A stretch of 64,000 nt of DNA, from positions 32,001 to 96,000 of the forward strand of contig JAGVXK010000021.1 in the NCBI GenBank assembly GCA_018303825.1. Reading direction: 5' to 3'. Positions 28,726 through 37,732 of this stretch are shown here, one piece after another (the first letter of the stretch is position 1; the number at the start of each line of letters is the position of its first letter). Under the pieces are notes generated by a model. The model ran no database searches and was not told the DNA's origin. It worked only from the letters and a program-made list of their open reading frames with translations. Source of the stretch: Candidatus Pacearchaeota archaeon (GTDB taxonomy: Archaea; Nanobdellota; Nanobdellia; Pacearchaeales; GW2011-AR1). Made by a program: the position numbers and the translations under genes.

Positions 28726-30393
28726 ATGAATATACTAATTATAACTTGGTTATTTCCTCCGAGTAATGGGGGAGTAGAATCCTATACATATAATTTAGCA
28801 AAGAATCTGTCAAAAGAGCACAAGATTACCATACTGACATGCCTGGGACATTATCCTACAGAGAAAAAAGAGAAGTTTAAGATATATAGGATGAAAGAGA
28901 TGTATCCTTACGGAAGAAAAAAAGAAGATTATGGAAAGATATATAAAAAAGTTTTAGAGATATTGAAAAAAGAAGATATAGACCTTGTGCACAGTCATAA
29001 TTTAGTTTGCTTGGAGACAAGCTTCACAAAGGCAATAGTAAATGCTGTAAAAAGCAAAGATTTACCTTTAGTAGACCATTGCCATGATGCGAGGTTTAAA
29101 TATTTAAACAAAGAATTAAAATATGAAAAATTCGATAGAATAATCGCAGTAAGTAAATTTGTAAAAAAGAGACTAATTAACCTCGGTTTTAATAAAAATA
29201 TTCTCGAGGTAATATATAATTCTTCAGATTCTAAAGTTTTTAATTCAGGAAAATATAGTTCTTTGCAGGCAAAAAAGTTCTTTAGAATACCATTAAATAA
29301 GAAAGTAATCATATTCCCCTCGAGGGCTATCAGGACTACTACAGGAGAATTTGGAGAGCAGAAAAACTTCATTACGCTCTTGAATTCCACAAAATTAATT
29401 AAGAAAGATTTTGGTGATGACTTTGTTGTTATTTTCCCTGTCAAAGTGGGAATGAAAAGAAAGAATGATGCTATCAAAAAAACACTTTATTCGTTAAGAG
29501 AAAAGTTAAAGAAAGACGGGTTGATTGAGAACGTGATTCCTATAACTAAAAAAGTAGGATACGAAAATATGCCTTTGCTTTACAAAACGGCAAACATAAT
29601 GTGCACCCCCTCGACAGAAGAAGCTTTTGGCTTAGTATTTTTAGAGGCCTCACTTATGCAACTGCCAGTTATAGGTGCAAAAAGTGGTGCAACAAAGGAA
29701 ATAGTCATCAACGGAAAAACTGGTTTTTTGGTTCCTCCAAAAAATAAGAAGAGGCTGGCAAAGATAATCGTTAGATTGCTCAAAAGCAAAGAGTTTAGGG
29801 ACAAAATAGGAAAAGCAGGAAGAAAATATGTAAAAGATAAATTCGATTCTAATAAAATGTTAACTGAGGTAGAAAGAACATATAAAAAAGTTTTGGAGAA
29901 CAGAAAAGTTATTTATTTAGTAAGACATCCAGAAACAAAAAATAACAGGGAAAACAGGCTAACTGGCTGGGAACATTCCCAATATACCTCCGAAGGAAAT
30001 AAGCAATTTGCCAAAATAAGTAATTATTTTAAAGATTATCAAGGACAAATTTTTTCTAGTGATTTAAAAAGAACTAGCAAACTCGCAGTTTCAATTGCAA
30101 AGAAAAATGGCATAAAACCGATTATTACACCTTTGCTTCGTGAGAGAAATTTCAAAGAAACTTTGCCGCATCATACTTATGAGACCGAGTCCTCTGTTGC
30201 CAAAAGAACTAAGAAATTTTATGATAAATATCATCCACGCAAGGCAATTATATTCACTCACGGCGCTATCCTGAGGCACATAGCGAGACATTATCTAATT
30301 ACTAATAGAAATGAATTTGAAGAGCCAAGAAATGTTATATTCAAGATAGAAACAAATAAAAACGCTGCTAAACTAAAAAAGATAAGGTTATAA
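28726..30393 (+). CDS. GT4 glycosyltransferase fused to a histidine phosphatase (PGM-like) domain
   Basis: FPPSNGGVE, EAFGLVFLEA (EX7E), KEIVING; then YLVRHPET, SDLKRT, LRER, FTHGAIL. Confidence 0.88.
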   Translation: MNILIITWLFPPSNGGVESYTYNLAKNLSKEHKITILTCLGHYPTEKKEKFKIYRMKEMYPYGRKKEDYGKIYKKVLEILKKEDIDLVHSHNLVCLETSFTKAIVNAVKSKDLPLVDHCHDARFKYLNKELKYEKFDRIIAVSKFVKKRLINLGFNKNILEVIYNSSDSKVFNSGKYSSLQAKKFFRIPLNKKVIIFPSRAIRTTTGEFGEQKNFITLLNSTKLIKKDFGDDFVVIFPVKVGMKRKNDAIKKTLYSLREKLKKDGLIENVIPITKKVGYENMPLLYKTANIMCTPSTEEAFGLVFLEASLMQLPVIGAKSGATKEIVINGKTGFLVPPKNKKRLAKIIVRLLKSKEFRDKIGKAGRKYVKDKFDSNKMLTEVERTYKKVLENRKVIYLVRHPETKNNRENRLTGWEHSQYTSEGNKQFAKISNYFKDYQGQIFSSDLKRTSKLAVSIAKKNGIKPIITPLLRERNFKETLPHHTYETESSVAKRTKKFYDKYHPRKAIIFTHGAILRHIARHYLITNRNEFEEPRNVIFKIETNKNAAKLKKIRL

Positions 30394-30398
30394 AAAAG

Positions 30399-31028
30399 AT
30401 GAATCCTATAGCAAGTATTTTAGGAGATACAATATTCAATGATTGGTTAAAGGTTGCATTCATTATCATAATTGGAGTACTCCTCGCATTTGGGCTAAAA
30501 TTTTTATTTAACAAACTTGCAAAAAAGATTATATATCCCTGGATCAGAAGAACTTCACCAGAGAATTATAAGCAGACGGTTTCGGGCACAATGTTACTTT
30601 CTGCAATAATATATTGGTTTGTCTTAATAATTTTTATTTTAATTGCACTCTCTGTTTTGAACATAGATATTTTAGCACAAATCACTTCAAAGATTATCAA
30701 CTTTGTACCTAAGATTGCGATAGCATTTGGCGTTATCTTAATTGGACTTTTAATTACGAGTGTAATCTCTCGAAAAATAAAAGACCAAAATTTTAGGACT
30801 AGTCTACTGTTGGCAAGGATATTCGAGATAATATTTATCTCAGCTACAATTCTTTCTGCACTAGAAGTTATTAATATTAAATTGACCCCGTTTGAAGAAT
30901 TATTCAGAGTCCTTCTTTATACTATTGGATTAACTGTTGCAATCGCTCTAGGCATATCCCTTGGTTTCGCCTTGAAACCAGAGATAGTGAGAATGGTAAA
31001 AGGCATAAGGCGGAACAGCCATAAATAA
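30399..31028 (+). CDS. Multi-pass membrane protein, mechanosensitive-channel-associated conserved TM helix type
   Basis: INFVPKIAIAFGVILIG and IALGISLGFALK resemble TM_helix/CmpX-like proteins; lacks an MscS cytoplasmic cage. Confidence 0.6.
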   Translation: MNPIASILGDTIFNDWLKVAFIIIIGVLLAFGLKFLFNKLAKKIIYPWIRRTSPENYKQTVSGTMLLSAIIYWFVLIIFILIALSVLNIDILAQITSKIINFVPKIAIAFGVILIGLLITSVISRKIKDQNFRTSLLLARIFEIIFISATILSALEVINIKLTPFEELFRVLLYTIGLTVAIALGISLGFALKPEIVRMVKGIRRNSHK

Positions 31029-31066
31029 ACAGCTCAAAGAGTCTTGAAAATCTTTCCCAGATTTAA

Positions 31067-31252
31067 TTAAACTAATCCCTTTTTGCAATGCTGACAAAAC
31101 TTTCTCCACTTAGAATTAGATTTACCACAATTTGTGCATACTATCTTTGGTATTTTTACCTCGATTTCTTTTTTCATATTTACTTTTTTCATCATTTCTT
31201 TATATTTTCTTCTGAACTTCACAATTTTTAAACCTTTACCAAAAACAATCAC
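31067..31252 (-). CDS. Small Zn-ribbon protein
   Basis: C-terminal CTNCG...FCQHC. Confidence 0.55.
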   Translation of the reverse strand: MIVFGKGLKIVKFRRKYKEMMKKVNMKKEIEVKIPKIVCTNCGKSNSKWRKFCQHCKKGLV

Positions 31253-31351
31253 TTACTTTTTCCTGAGTTTAATCATTTTTCAAAGCATTATCAAAAATAT
31301 TAAAAGTATTTTCTAAAGAAACACTCTATATTTACGGAGGGGTAAAAAGAC

Positions 31352-31909
31352 CTAAAACGGGTAATAATAGCTATGATGGACCTTCTTCTTAGGAATGATG
31401 ATCTGTAACTTTTCAGGCTTATTTCTTACATACCACCTTAATTTTTTTAATACGGTCTTTCTAGTATAGGTCTTACCAAACTTCCTGTATTTCTTTAATA
31501 AGTTGCGATTTGTCACAACAAAGAACCAATCTTCTCCGAAATGGTCATTACATATCTTAACTTTGTTCAAAAATTTGACTTTATCCTTCAAAACTTTTCC
31601 TATTTCTACTTCAATCCCTATTTTCTTGTTTCTAAATTGAAAAATAACATCTGGAAGAGTGGTTTTGAATATCCAAACCTTAAAATGCTTTGATAAATAT
31701 CTAGCAATATCCATTACAAGAAAGAAATGTTGTAATCCTTCATTACGTTCCGGTTTTAATAGGTAATATCCTCTTCTTCCCGTTATACTTTTCCCATAAA
31801 AATACTTATATTCTCTATCTTGTAAATGTTCGAACTGCCAATCACTTTTGATATATCTAACATCGTAAAATCCTTCTCTCCTATTTTTGAATAATTTATC
31901 TTCTTTCAT
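31352..31909 (-). CDS. PD-(D/E)xK nuclease-like protein, possibly a fragment of a larger element gene
   Basis: PDVIF...IGIEVEIG motif; immediately downstream of the integrase. Confidence 0.55.
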   Translation of the reverse strand: MKEDKLFKNRREGFYDVRYIKSDWQFEHLQDREYKYFYGKSITGRRGYYLLKPERNEGLQHFFLVMDIARYLSKHFKVWIFKTTLPDVIFQFRNKKIGIEVEIGKVLKDKVKFLNKVKICNDHFGEDWFFVVTNRNLLKKYRKFGKTYTRKTVLKKLRWYVRNKPEKLQIIIPKKKVHHSYYYPF

Positions 31910-31936
31910 AAAAAATCCTGAAGGTTTCTAGCTAGG

Positions 31937-33190
31937 CTAAAGCCTTTCCGCTACGAAACCTTCTTTCGATTTGCTTTGTTTATTAATGATAAATGATAGT
32001 TCGCTCAAATCTTTACCTATCTGCGTTATTCCATATTTTTTAAGCAATATCTCTAATTGTTCAACTAGCTCATAAATTGTTTTTATCTGTTTTTTAGTTT
32101 CGTTCATTTCATCCTTTAGTAATTCATTTTCTTTTTCTGATTTTGTTAATCTTTTCTCAATTTCTGTTTTAGTAACATCAATTAAAATATCTTCTTCTGA
32201 AATAGTATCCCGCATTCCTAACAATTCAGAATAATAGTGAATTTTATCTGAATCTCTCCAACCAAATCTATATTTTAATGCTGATTCTGATTTATATCTA
32301 GGCAACCAATAACAGCAAGAGTTATGTCTAAAATCATACATTGTTAAATCAGAGTATTTCTGCCCTGCTTGGCTTTTCTCTTCTCCCAGTAATCTTTTAG
32401 CTAATCTCTTAAGATACTTGTTAGCAGAAGCAGAATTTATATCAAATAATTGATCATTATCTTTTAGATTCTTCGCTTTCACATATTCTTTTATTATAGA
32501 TGGGCAAAGCAATAGCTTAATTCTTCTTCCAAATGATCCTCCTTTGACTGTTTCTTCTCTTATATTCAATTCTTTGAAGTCATTAAAAAAATCAGAAAAT
32601 CTTATATTGACTAACTCAGTAGGAGCCCTTATTCCCGTATCAAACAAAAACCAAATCAATACCTTATAGTCATATCTTGCATTATCTGCTAATTTTTTTA
32701 CTTGCTCTTCTGTTAGATATACCCAATCAGGCTTTTCTTCCTTAGTATCTAGATCTATGGTTATATCTGGGATTTCAATACTTTTCTTTTTGCTTATTCT
32801 TTGATACCAATGCCAAAAAGCCTTGAACATCTTAACAAAGTCACGAACGCATATATATTTCTCTCCATTAGGCTTTGTAAGCTTGCCATTTTCCATATTA
32901 GCAAACAAAAGATGAATTTGTTCTTCATTAATGTCAGTTATCTTATCTATGCTATAAATCTCTTTTATCCTTTTCATAATGGAAATTATCCTATCTTTAG
33001 AAGAAATTAGGCTAACAAAGCTTCTAGCACCCTTTCTAGTGCCTTTAGTGACGTTTATTCCTATTTCCATATCATTAAGATACCGCCATAAGATCTCAAT
33101 ATTGGCTTTGCTAACCCCTTCTATACCTTGTTTGGATTTCTCTCTCCAAGCCAAATACTTCTCTTTGTTGTTGTATGGGTCTATTCTCAT
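31937..33190 (-). CDS. Tyrosine recombinase / integrase
   Basis: FDTGIRAPTEL (catalytic R), YDFRHNS, RFGW, HYYS (catalytic Y); 153 bp from the tRNA 3' end. Confidence 0.92.
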   Translation of the reverse strand: MRIDPYNNKEKYLAWREKSKQGIEGVSKANIEILWRYLNDMEIGINVTKGTRKGARSFVSLISSKDRIISIMKRIKEIYSIDKITDINEEQIHLLFANMENGKLTKPNGEKYICVRDFVKMFKAFWHWYQRISKKKSIEIPDITIDLDTKEEKPDWVYLTEEQVKKLADNARYDYKVLIWFLFDTGIRAPTELVNIRFSDFFNDFKELNIREETVKGGSFGRRIKLLLCPSIIKEYVKAKNLKDNDQLFDINSASANKYLKRLAKRLLGEEKSQAGQKYSDLTMYDFRHNSCCYWLPRYKSESALKYRFGWRDSDKIHYYSELLGMRDTISEEDILIDVTKTEIEKRLTKSEKENELLKDEMNETKKQIKTIYELVEQLEILLKKYGITQIGKDLSELSFIINKQSKSKEGFVAERL

Positions 33191-33237
33191 TTTGTCTTAT
33201 GGTGTTTTTTGTATATAAATTCACGAGTGAATAAAAA

Positions 33238-33291
33238 TGTACATTTAAATGTACATTTTTTTGTACAAATAATTGTACAAAATTTTGTACA
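33238..33291. repeat. Five TGTACA palindromes at exact 12-bp period
   Basis: TGTACA starts at 33238, 33250, 33262, 33274, 33286, separated by A/T-only spacers. Confidence 0.92.
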
Positions 33292-33342
33292 ATTTTAAGC
33301 CAATATCAACAACTGAACCTCAATTTGGACAAGAAGTATACA

Positions 33343-33470
33343 TGATCCCGCTGGGATTCGAACCCAGGACCCCCGCCTCACTTAGACATTTTTATTCTCT
33401 ATGCGAATTATTGCCCTAACGGGCAATTATCCTATAAGAGCGGTGCTCTAACCAGCTGAGCTACGGGATC
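33343..33470 (-). tRNA. tRNA-Ile (anticodon UAU) with 54-nt intron at 37/38 (33379-33432)
   Basis: Acceptor GATCCCG/CGGGATC, D arm GCTC/GAGC, anticodon loop CT-TAT-A|A, T loop TTCGAAT; BHB with CTTA/TAAG central helix and GATA/TGTC outer helix. Confidence 0.95.
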
Positions 33471-33494
33471 TCTATATAAAACTGAATAGAACAA

Positions 33495-33502
33495 TATTTA
33501 AA
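33495..33502 (-). promoter_or_regulatory. TATA-box-like element upstream of tRNA-Ile
   Basis: TTTAAATA on the minus strand, 25-32 bp upstream of tRNA position 1. Confidence 0.5.
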
Positions 33503-33792
33503 AGTTTGTCTTAGCCATGAAAATAAAGCAATTAACTAATCAAAGAAAATGCCAATTAATTATTCTGATAATAAATTTATTATTCATCGAGTAAACTACC
33601 CAATAGCAAACTATTAAGCATCAAACAAAATCATTATCTCAAAACTACTTATCTTTATTGAACATTAGATGATTATTTTTGTTAAACTATTTCACTTTTA
33701 TGTTGTATTCCTGCCTTGCTTTATCCATGAAACAAGCTGCGGGGGTATTAATGAAGAATAAAAATCACATCTGTTAGTAACTATATAGCAAA

Positions 33793-34731
33793 TCAAGCTC
33801 TGCAAAGAGCTAAGGCATAAGCCCCATCAGGAGAGGGAAACAATTTCATATCAGAAAAGTAAAGCTTCATGAAATTCTTGAACAATTCCCTTCCATATTT
33901 GTATGAAACACTGACAAGTATCTGATCTCCTGTTGAAAAGTATATGCTCTTGTCCTGGAATGTAATCTTTTTATCCCTTAACAAAGTATAATATAATTCT
34001 ACCCTTGACCTTCTGAATCTTACATTGAATTCAAGGTCCCTTCTGTCAAATCCAACTTGCGATAATATCATGAAAAGCCAGTCATCCACTTCTTTTGTGT
34101 TATAGGAGGCAATTATATCCTTTTCTTGCCTATTGTCTAATCCATTTCCTATGATAAGAAAATCTCCCTTGCTCATTGAGCTTCTTATCTCATACAATAA
34201 TTCATTAATTTCAAAGTTGCCTAGTGTGTTCCCCAACAGAAGGAAAACATTATCCTTATATTGACTTCCCCTGAGCAAGTTAGCCACATTTTCCAAATTT
34301 TCAAAATCAGAAATGTTCCATTGCAGTTCAACAACTTCTCCAATATTCAATTGCTTCATTCTATTCATAGCCTTTTCTACCATATATCCTGAAATGTCAA
34401 TAGGGCAATACCTCAATTTTACCTTTCCCTTCAGATATCTTATGAATATTTCCGCTTTCTTTCCATCCCCGCATCCTAAATCTATGATATTTATCGGCTT
34501 ATTTCCAACTTTCTTCAAAATATCATTAATATTTGCCTTTATTAAATTAATTTCCTTGGCAATAATTTCTTCCTGGTATGATTCTGACTTTTCCAAGTCA
34601 AGAAAACCCTGTGCCTGCTCCGGGCTTAAATACCATAATTTAGAATCTGCTATGTTCCACACCCTGGTCTTCCCTTCCAAAGAGTAGCCTCTTTTAATCA
34701 GTTCTTTGAAAATTAAATCGTTTACTTGCAT
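33793..34731 (-). CDS. SAM-dependent methyltransferase, histidine-specific (EgtD-like) family
   Basis: DSKLWY, IIDLGCGDGKK, CPIDIS, LLLGNTLGNF, VSVSYKY. Confidence 0.8.
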   Translation of the reverse strand: MQVNDLIFKELIKRGYSLEGKTRVWNIADSKLWYLSPEQAQGFLDLEKSESYQEEIIAKEINLIKANINDILKKVGNKPINIIDLGCGDGKKAEIFIRYLKGKVKLRYCPIDISGYMVEKAMNRMKQLNIGEVVELQWNISDFENLENVANLLRGSQYKDNVFLLLGNTLGNFEINELLYEIRSSMSKGDFLIIGNGLDNRQEKDIIASYNTKEVDDWLFMILSQVGFDRRDLEFNVRFRRSRVELYYTLLRDKKITFQDKSIYFSTGDQILVSVSYKYGRELFKNFMKLYFSDMKLFPSPDGAYALALCRA

Positions 34732-34890
34732 ACTCTTAAAAATTTTAAGGGTTTTTAACCTTTATGCTTTTAGAAACTACTACTATCTAATTAATAGTCA
34801 AATAAACTCCATGAAAAGATAAATAACAAACTCACTGACACAACATTAATAAATTTGTATATTCTTCATATAACGATATCAAATGAAAAC

Positions 34891-35163
34891 TTAAACAACA
34901 TAAACCTTGTCGTGCCTTCTTACTTTATCGTTCACTTTAATCCCAATCTCGTCGCCTGCCTTCGCTTCCTGCATTGGCTTTTTATGCATCTGAATACTGT
35001 CAACCGTCTGCTCAAAATCAGTTGTAGTCCCCTTAATTCTAATCTTATCCCCGACTTTCAAACTCCCTGTTAAGTTTAATGCAGCAACTCCAACCTTAGA
35101 AAAATAGTCGAATATCGCCCCAACTTCCCTTCCCTCAACAGCCTCTGAACCTTCATCCATCAA
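34891..35163 (-). CDS. Small beta-barrel protein (EF-Tu domain II / U32 peptidase C-terminal-like)
   Basis: YFSKVGVA, LKVGDKIRIKG, DEIGIKV...VRRHDKVY. Confidence 0.75.
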   Translation of the reverse strand: MMDEGSEAVEGREVGAIFDYFSKVGVAALNLTGSLKVGDKIRIKGTTTDFEQTVDSIQMHKKPMQEAKAGDEIGIKVNDKVRRHDKVYVV

Positions 35164-35217
35164 ATCCGAAGTACTATTAAGAATATAAATCTTTTGCTTC
35201 TAAAAAATATAGACTTT

Positions 35218-35778
35218 TTACATAACTCTGCCAATCAATAGCATAACCAGTATCCCAAATGAATTAAACAAGAAGCTGATTACGGAAAATATCTTTTGTT
35301 TTATGCTTGTTAATCCCGCAAGCATCATAACACCAAGCTCATCGGGAAGCGGAGAAGCAATGACAATTCCCGCAAAAACAAACAGCAGATAATTTCTTAC
35401 TTTCTTATGAAAATGTACTTTTATCTCTTTTTCCAGCAGCTTTGCGGGATGCGTTCTTTCCAGCCTCTGAAACTCATCCATAAAAGAAAATCTAATCAAT
35501 GCAAATATTACATTATCAGATAACATCGCCCCCAGTCCTCCAATGGCTGCTACAAGAAATGGGTTAACTTGATGTAAATTGAGAAATATCCCTATTGCAA
35601 AAGGAGTTGTAAATCCAAATGAAAACAACAACCCCCCGATAAAAGCCCAGATATACTGATTAATTCCCTGCTGAATTAATATTTGAATTGATGAATTTGT
35701 AAAAATAAAATAAGCAACTACAACTAGCAATACCAGCAAGGTCAGTTTCGGATACTTATACTTGAACAGCCTTTTCAT
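35218..35778 (-). CDS. Multi-pass membrane protein
   Basis: Five to six hydrophobic segments; ASPLPDELG motif. Confidence 0.75.
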   Translation of the reverse strand: MKRLFKYKYPKLTLLVLLVVVAYFIFTNSSIQILIQQGINQYIWAFIGGLLFSFGFTTPFAIGIFLNLHQVNPFLVAAIGGLGAMLSDNVIFALIRFSFMDEFQRLERTHPAKLLEKEIKVHFHKKVRNYLLFVFAGIVIASPLPDELGVMMLAGLTSIKQKIFSVISFLFNSFGILVMLLIGRVM

Positions 35779-35793
35779 ATTCGATTCATGTCA

Positions 35794-35866
35794 TAGCCTC
35801 GCTCGGATTCGAACCGAGGTCCATGCCGCCAGAGGGCATGATGCTAGACCACTACACCACGAGGCT
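35794..35866 (-). tRNA. tRNA-Gln (anticodon CUG)
   Basis: Acceptor AGCCTCG/CGAGGCT, anticodon loop CT-CTG-GC, T arm CTCGG-TTCGAAT-CCGAG. Confidence 0.93.
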
Positions 35867-35980
35867 TCAACTATCAATAAATGCAGTTTCTTTTAAAGTT
35901 ATTCATTTGTATAGCTACTATGCTTGAGAAAGATTTTTATATCTCACATGCATACAACATAGAGAGGAGAAAGGGGCAAA

Positions 35981-36328
35981 ATGAACATAATTTTGATCGC
36001 AATTGCAGTTATTGTAATCTTTTTAATGTTAAAATTCAAAGAAATAAGGCATAAGCTCGGATTTATGGTAATCTTATTCCTGCTTCTTTTCTTAGGTCTA
36101 ACATTCTGGAATGTTTACAAAACTCACGACTTAGACTTATCGACTTTTGACGGAATGACCAAAGCAGGAAAAGTCTATTTCTCCTGGCTGGGGAGTCTTT
36201 TGAGCAATACGAAAGCAGTAACAACCTATGCAATAAAACAGGATTGGAATGTTAATACAAACATCTCCGCTACTCCAATAAATACTGCCAATCCCGGGAA
36301 TGCAACGACAAATGTATCAGCAAAATGA
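35981..36328 (+). CDS. Membrane protein, hypothetical
   Basis: Two TM helices; C-terminal tail with NxS/T sequons. Confidence 0.75.
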   Translation: MNIILIAIAVIVIFLMLKFKEIRHKLGFMVILFLLLFLGLTFWNVYKTHDLDLSTFDGMTKAGKVYFSWLGSLLSNTKAVTTYAIKQDWNVNTNISATPINTANPGNATTNVSAK

Positions 36329-36567
36329 GAACTATTCTTTTCATTATGATTTTTCTTCTTATTGGCGCCCTCTTTATAATAAGCAATCAGAACTTAAGAA
36401 TTAACAAAGATACAGATTTCAAAAAATTTGCAGGGCTTTACTATTCATGGTTTGGAAGCCTATTCGACAATCTTAAGGACCTTTCTGGATACGTAATAAA
36501 GTCTGAATGGCTCCCGCAAACAACAGAAAAAATCAATTTAAGCAATTCTACAAACATTACCAAATAA
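36325..36567 (+). CDS. Small membrane/secreted protein, hypothetical
   Basis: Overlaps the upstream stop by 4 nt; shares a Y(F/Y)SW-x-GS motif with the upstream ORF. Confidence 0.7.
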   Translation: MRTILFIMIFLLIGALFIISNQNLRINKDTDFKKFAGLYYSWFGSLFDNLKDLSGYVIKSEWLPQTTEKINLSNSTNITK

Positions 36568-36624
36568 ACTAGATAAGCCAAAAGATAGTTATCTTTTTAT
36601 ACGCACAAGGTCAAATTAGTTTAT

Positions 36625-36696
36625 GCCTCCGTGGCTCAGTGGTAGAGCGTTTCCTTGGTAAGGAAAAGGTCCCGGGTTCAACCCCCGGCGGAGGCT
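36625..36696 (+). tRNA. tRNA-Thr (anticodon GGU)
   Basis: Acceptor GCCTCCG/CGGAGGC, anticodon arm TTTCC-TTGGTAA-GGAAA. Confidence 0.95.
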
Positions 36697-36734
36697 TTCA
36701 TTAACTATATAAAACCACTTTAACAGATATAAAA

Positions 36735-37202
36735 ATGAACTTAAAGGAAACAAAAAAAGAATATTCGGCTTTGGCGAAGAAGTATAAGTTGCCGGAATTC
36801 AACAAATTGAACGAAGAATTCGAAATAGAGAAATTAGAGCATGAAAGTGAGACCCTTGTTAGAGCAATAAGAAAAATAATGATGGAAAAAGTAATCAATT
36901 CTATGAACTTCCTTGAAATGCTTTTGAATCCTATGAATGCTCCTAGAATGTATATGATGTATGTTAGAGCAATGCAGATTGATGATAAAAAAGATATTGA
37001 CAGGATATATGACTCATTTGCTACTTTAAGCCTGGATGCACTGGCAAATGAAATAGATTATTCGGAAAAAAATGAGGCAGAGCTTATAAAAAGAATTTTT
37101 GCCGTCTGGAATGCTCTCAAGCCGGAATTCAGAAGAATAATTGCAAGCATAAAAAAGCCAATTTCAAACGACATTAAAAAAGAAAAGTCCTATTTTGGAT
37201 GA
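36735..37202 (+). CDS. Hypothetical helical protein
   Basis: 155-aa ORF with typical codon and amino-acid composition. Confidence 0.75.
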   Translation: MNLKETKKEYSALAKKYKLPEFNKLNEEFEIEKLEHESETLVRAIRKIMMEKVINSMNFLEMLLNPMNAPRMYMMYVRAMQIDDKKDIDRIYDSFATLSLDALANEIDYSEKNEAELIKRIFAVWNALKPEFRRIIASIKKPISNDIKKEKSYFG

Positions 37203-37276
37203 TATGGTCATACCCAACTCAATACATTATAATTCAATACATAAATCCTTATAAATATCTGATTTTGATGATTTGG

Positions 37277-37732
37277 ATGAACGAACAGCAGTTGATGTAC
37301 ACAGATGATCAGTTAAGAACTATTTACATGGAAAATGTATTCAAAAGATTTGATGAAATTAGAGCTAAAAATCCGGAATTGGGGCGCTATCTTGGGGGTG
37401 GGTTGGAACTAGGCACGCTCAAGTTTTACCCTCAAGCAAATGGTGCATGTGCAAGCGGGGGGTTAAGTTCTGGGTCAGATACAAAGCTAACTTTGGGTGT
37501 TTTAGTTGGCAGAGAATGTATTTTCAACCCTGGCGAATTTCGTGAAATGATACGCGCCATTGAGGGAGTATTCCATGCTAGAACAAATAGATCGGCTTAT
37601 TCTATTCTAACACCGGGAGTTGGTGCAGCAATAGTTGAGCCAAATACAGATATACATTTATTTTTGCCAAATGGTCCTGCAATGTACATGTGCGAGTACA
37701 TTCCTGAAAGAAAATTAGTTTCTTTTATCTGA
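37277..37732 (+). CDS. Hypothetical protein
   Basis: ORF converging on pheT; start uncertain, MNEQQ chosen. Confidence 0.55.
   Translation: MNEQQLMYTDDQLRTIYMENVFKRFDEIRAKNPELGRYLGGGLELGTLKFYPQANGACASGGLSSGSDTKLTLGVLVGRECIFNPGEFREMIRAIEGVFHARTNRSAYSILTPGVGAAIVEPNTDIHLFLPNGPAMYMCEYIPERKLVSFI

Larger units (their letters stand above)
24711..33354. mobile_element. Integrative element / genomic island at the tRNA-Ile(UAU) 3' end
   Basis: 15-bp direct repeats at both ends, tyrosine integrase next to the tRNA, accessory cargo. Confidence 0.82.

Noticed and set aside
33238-33291. CRISPR array
   Set aside because: Units are only 12 bp with no unique spacers and no cas genes; no CRISPR repeat-spacer pattern was seen anywhere in the window
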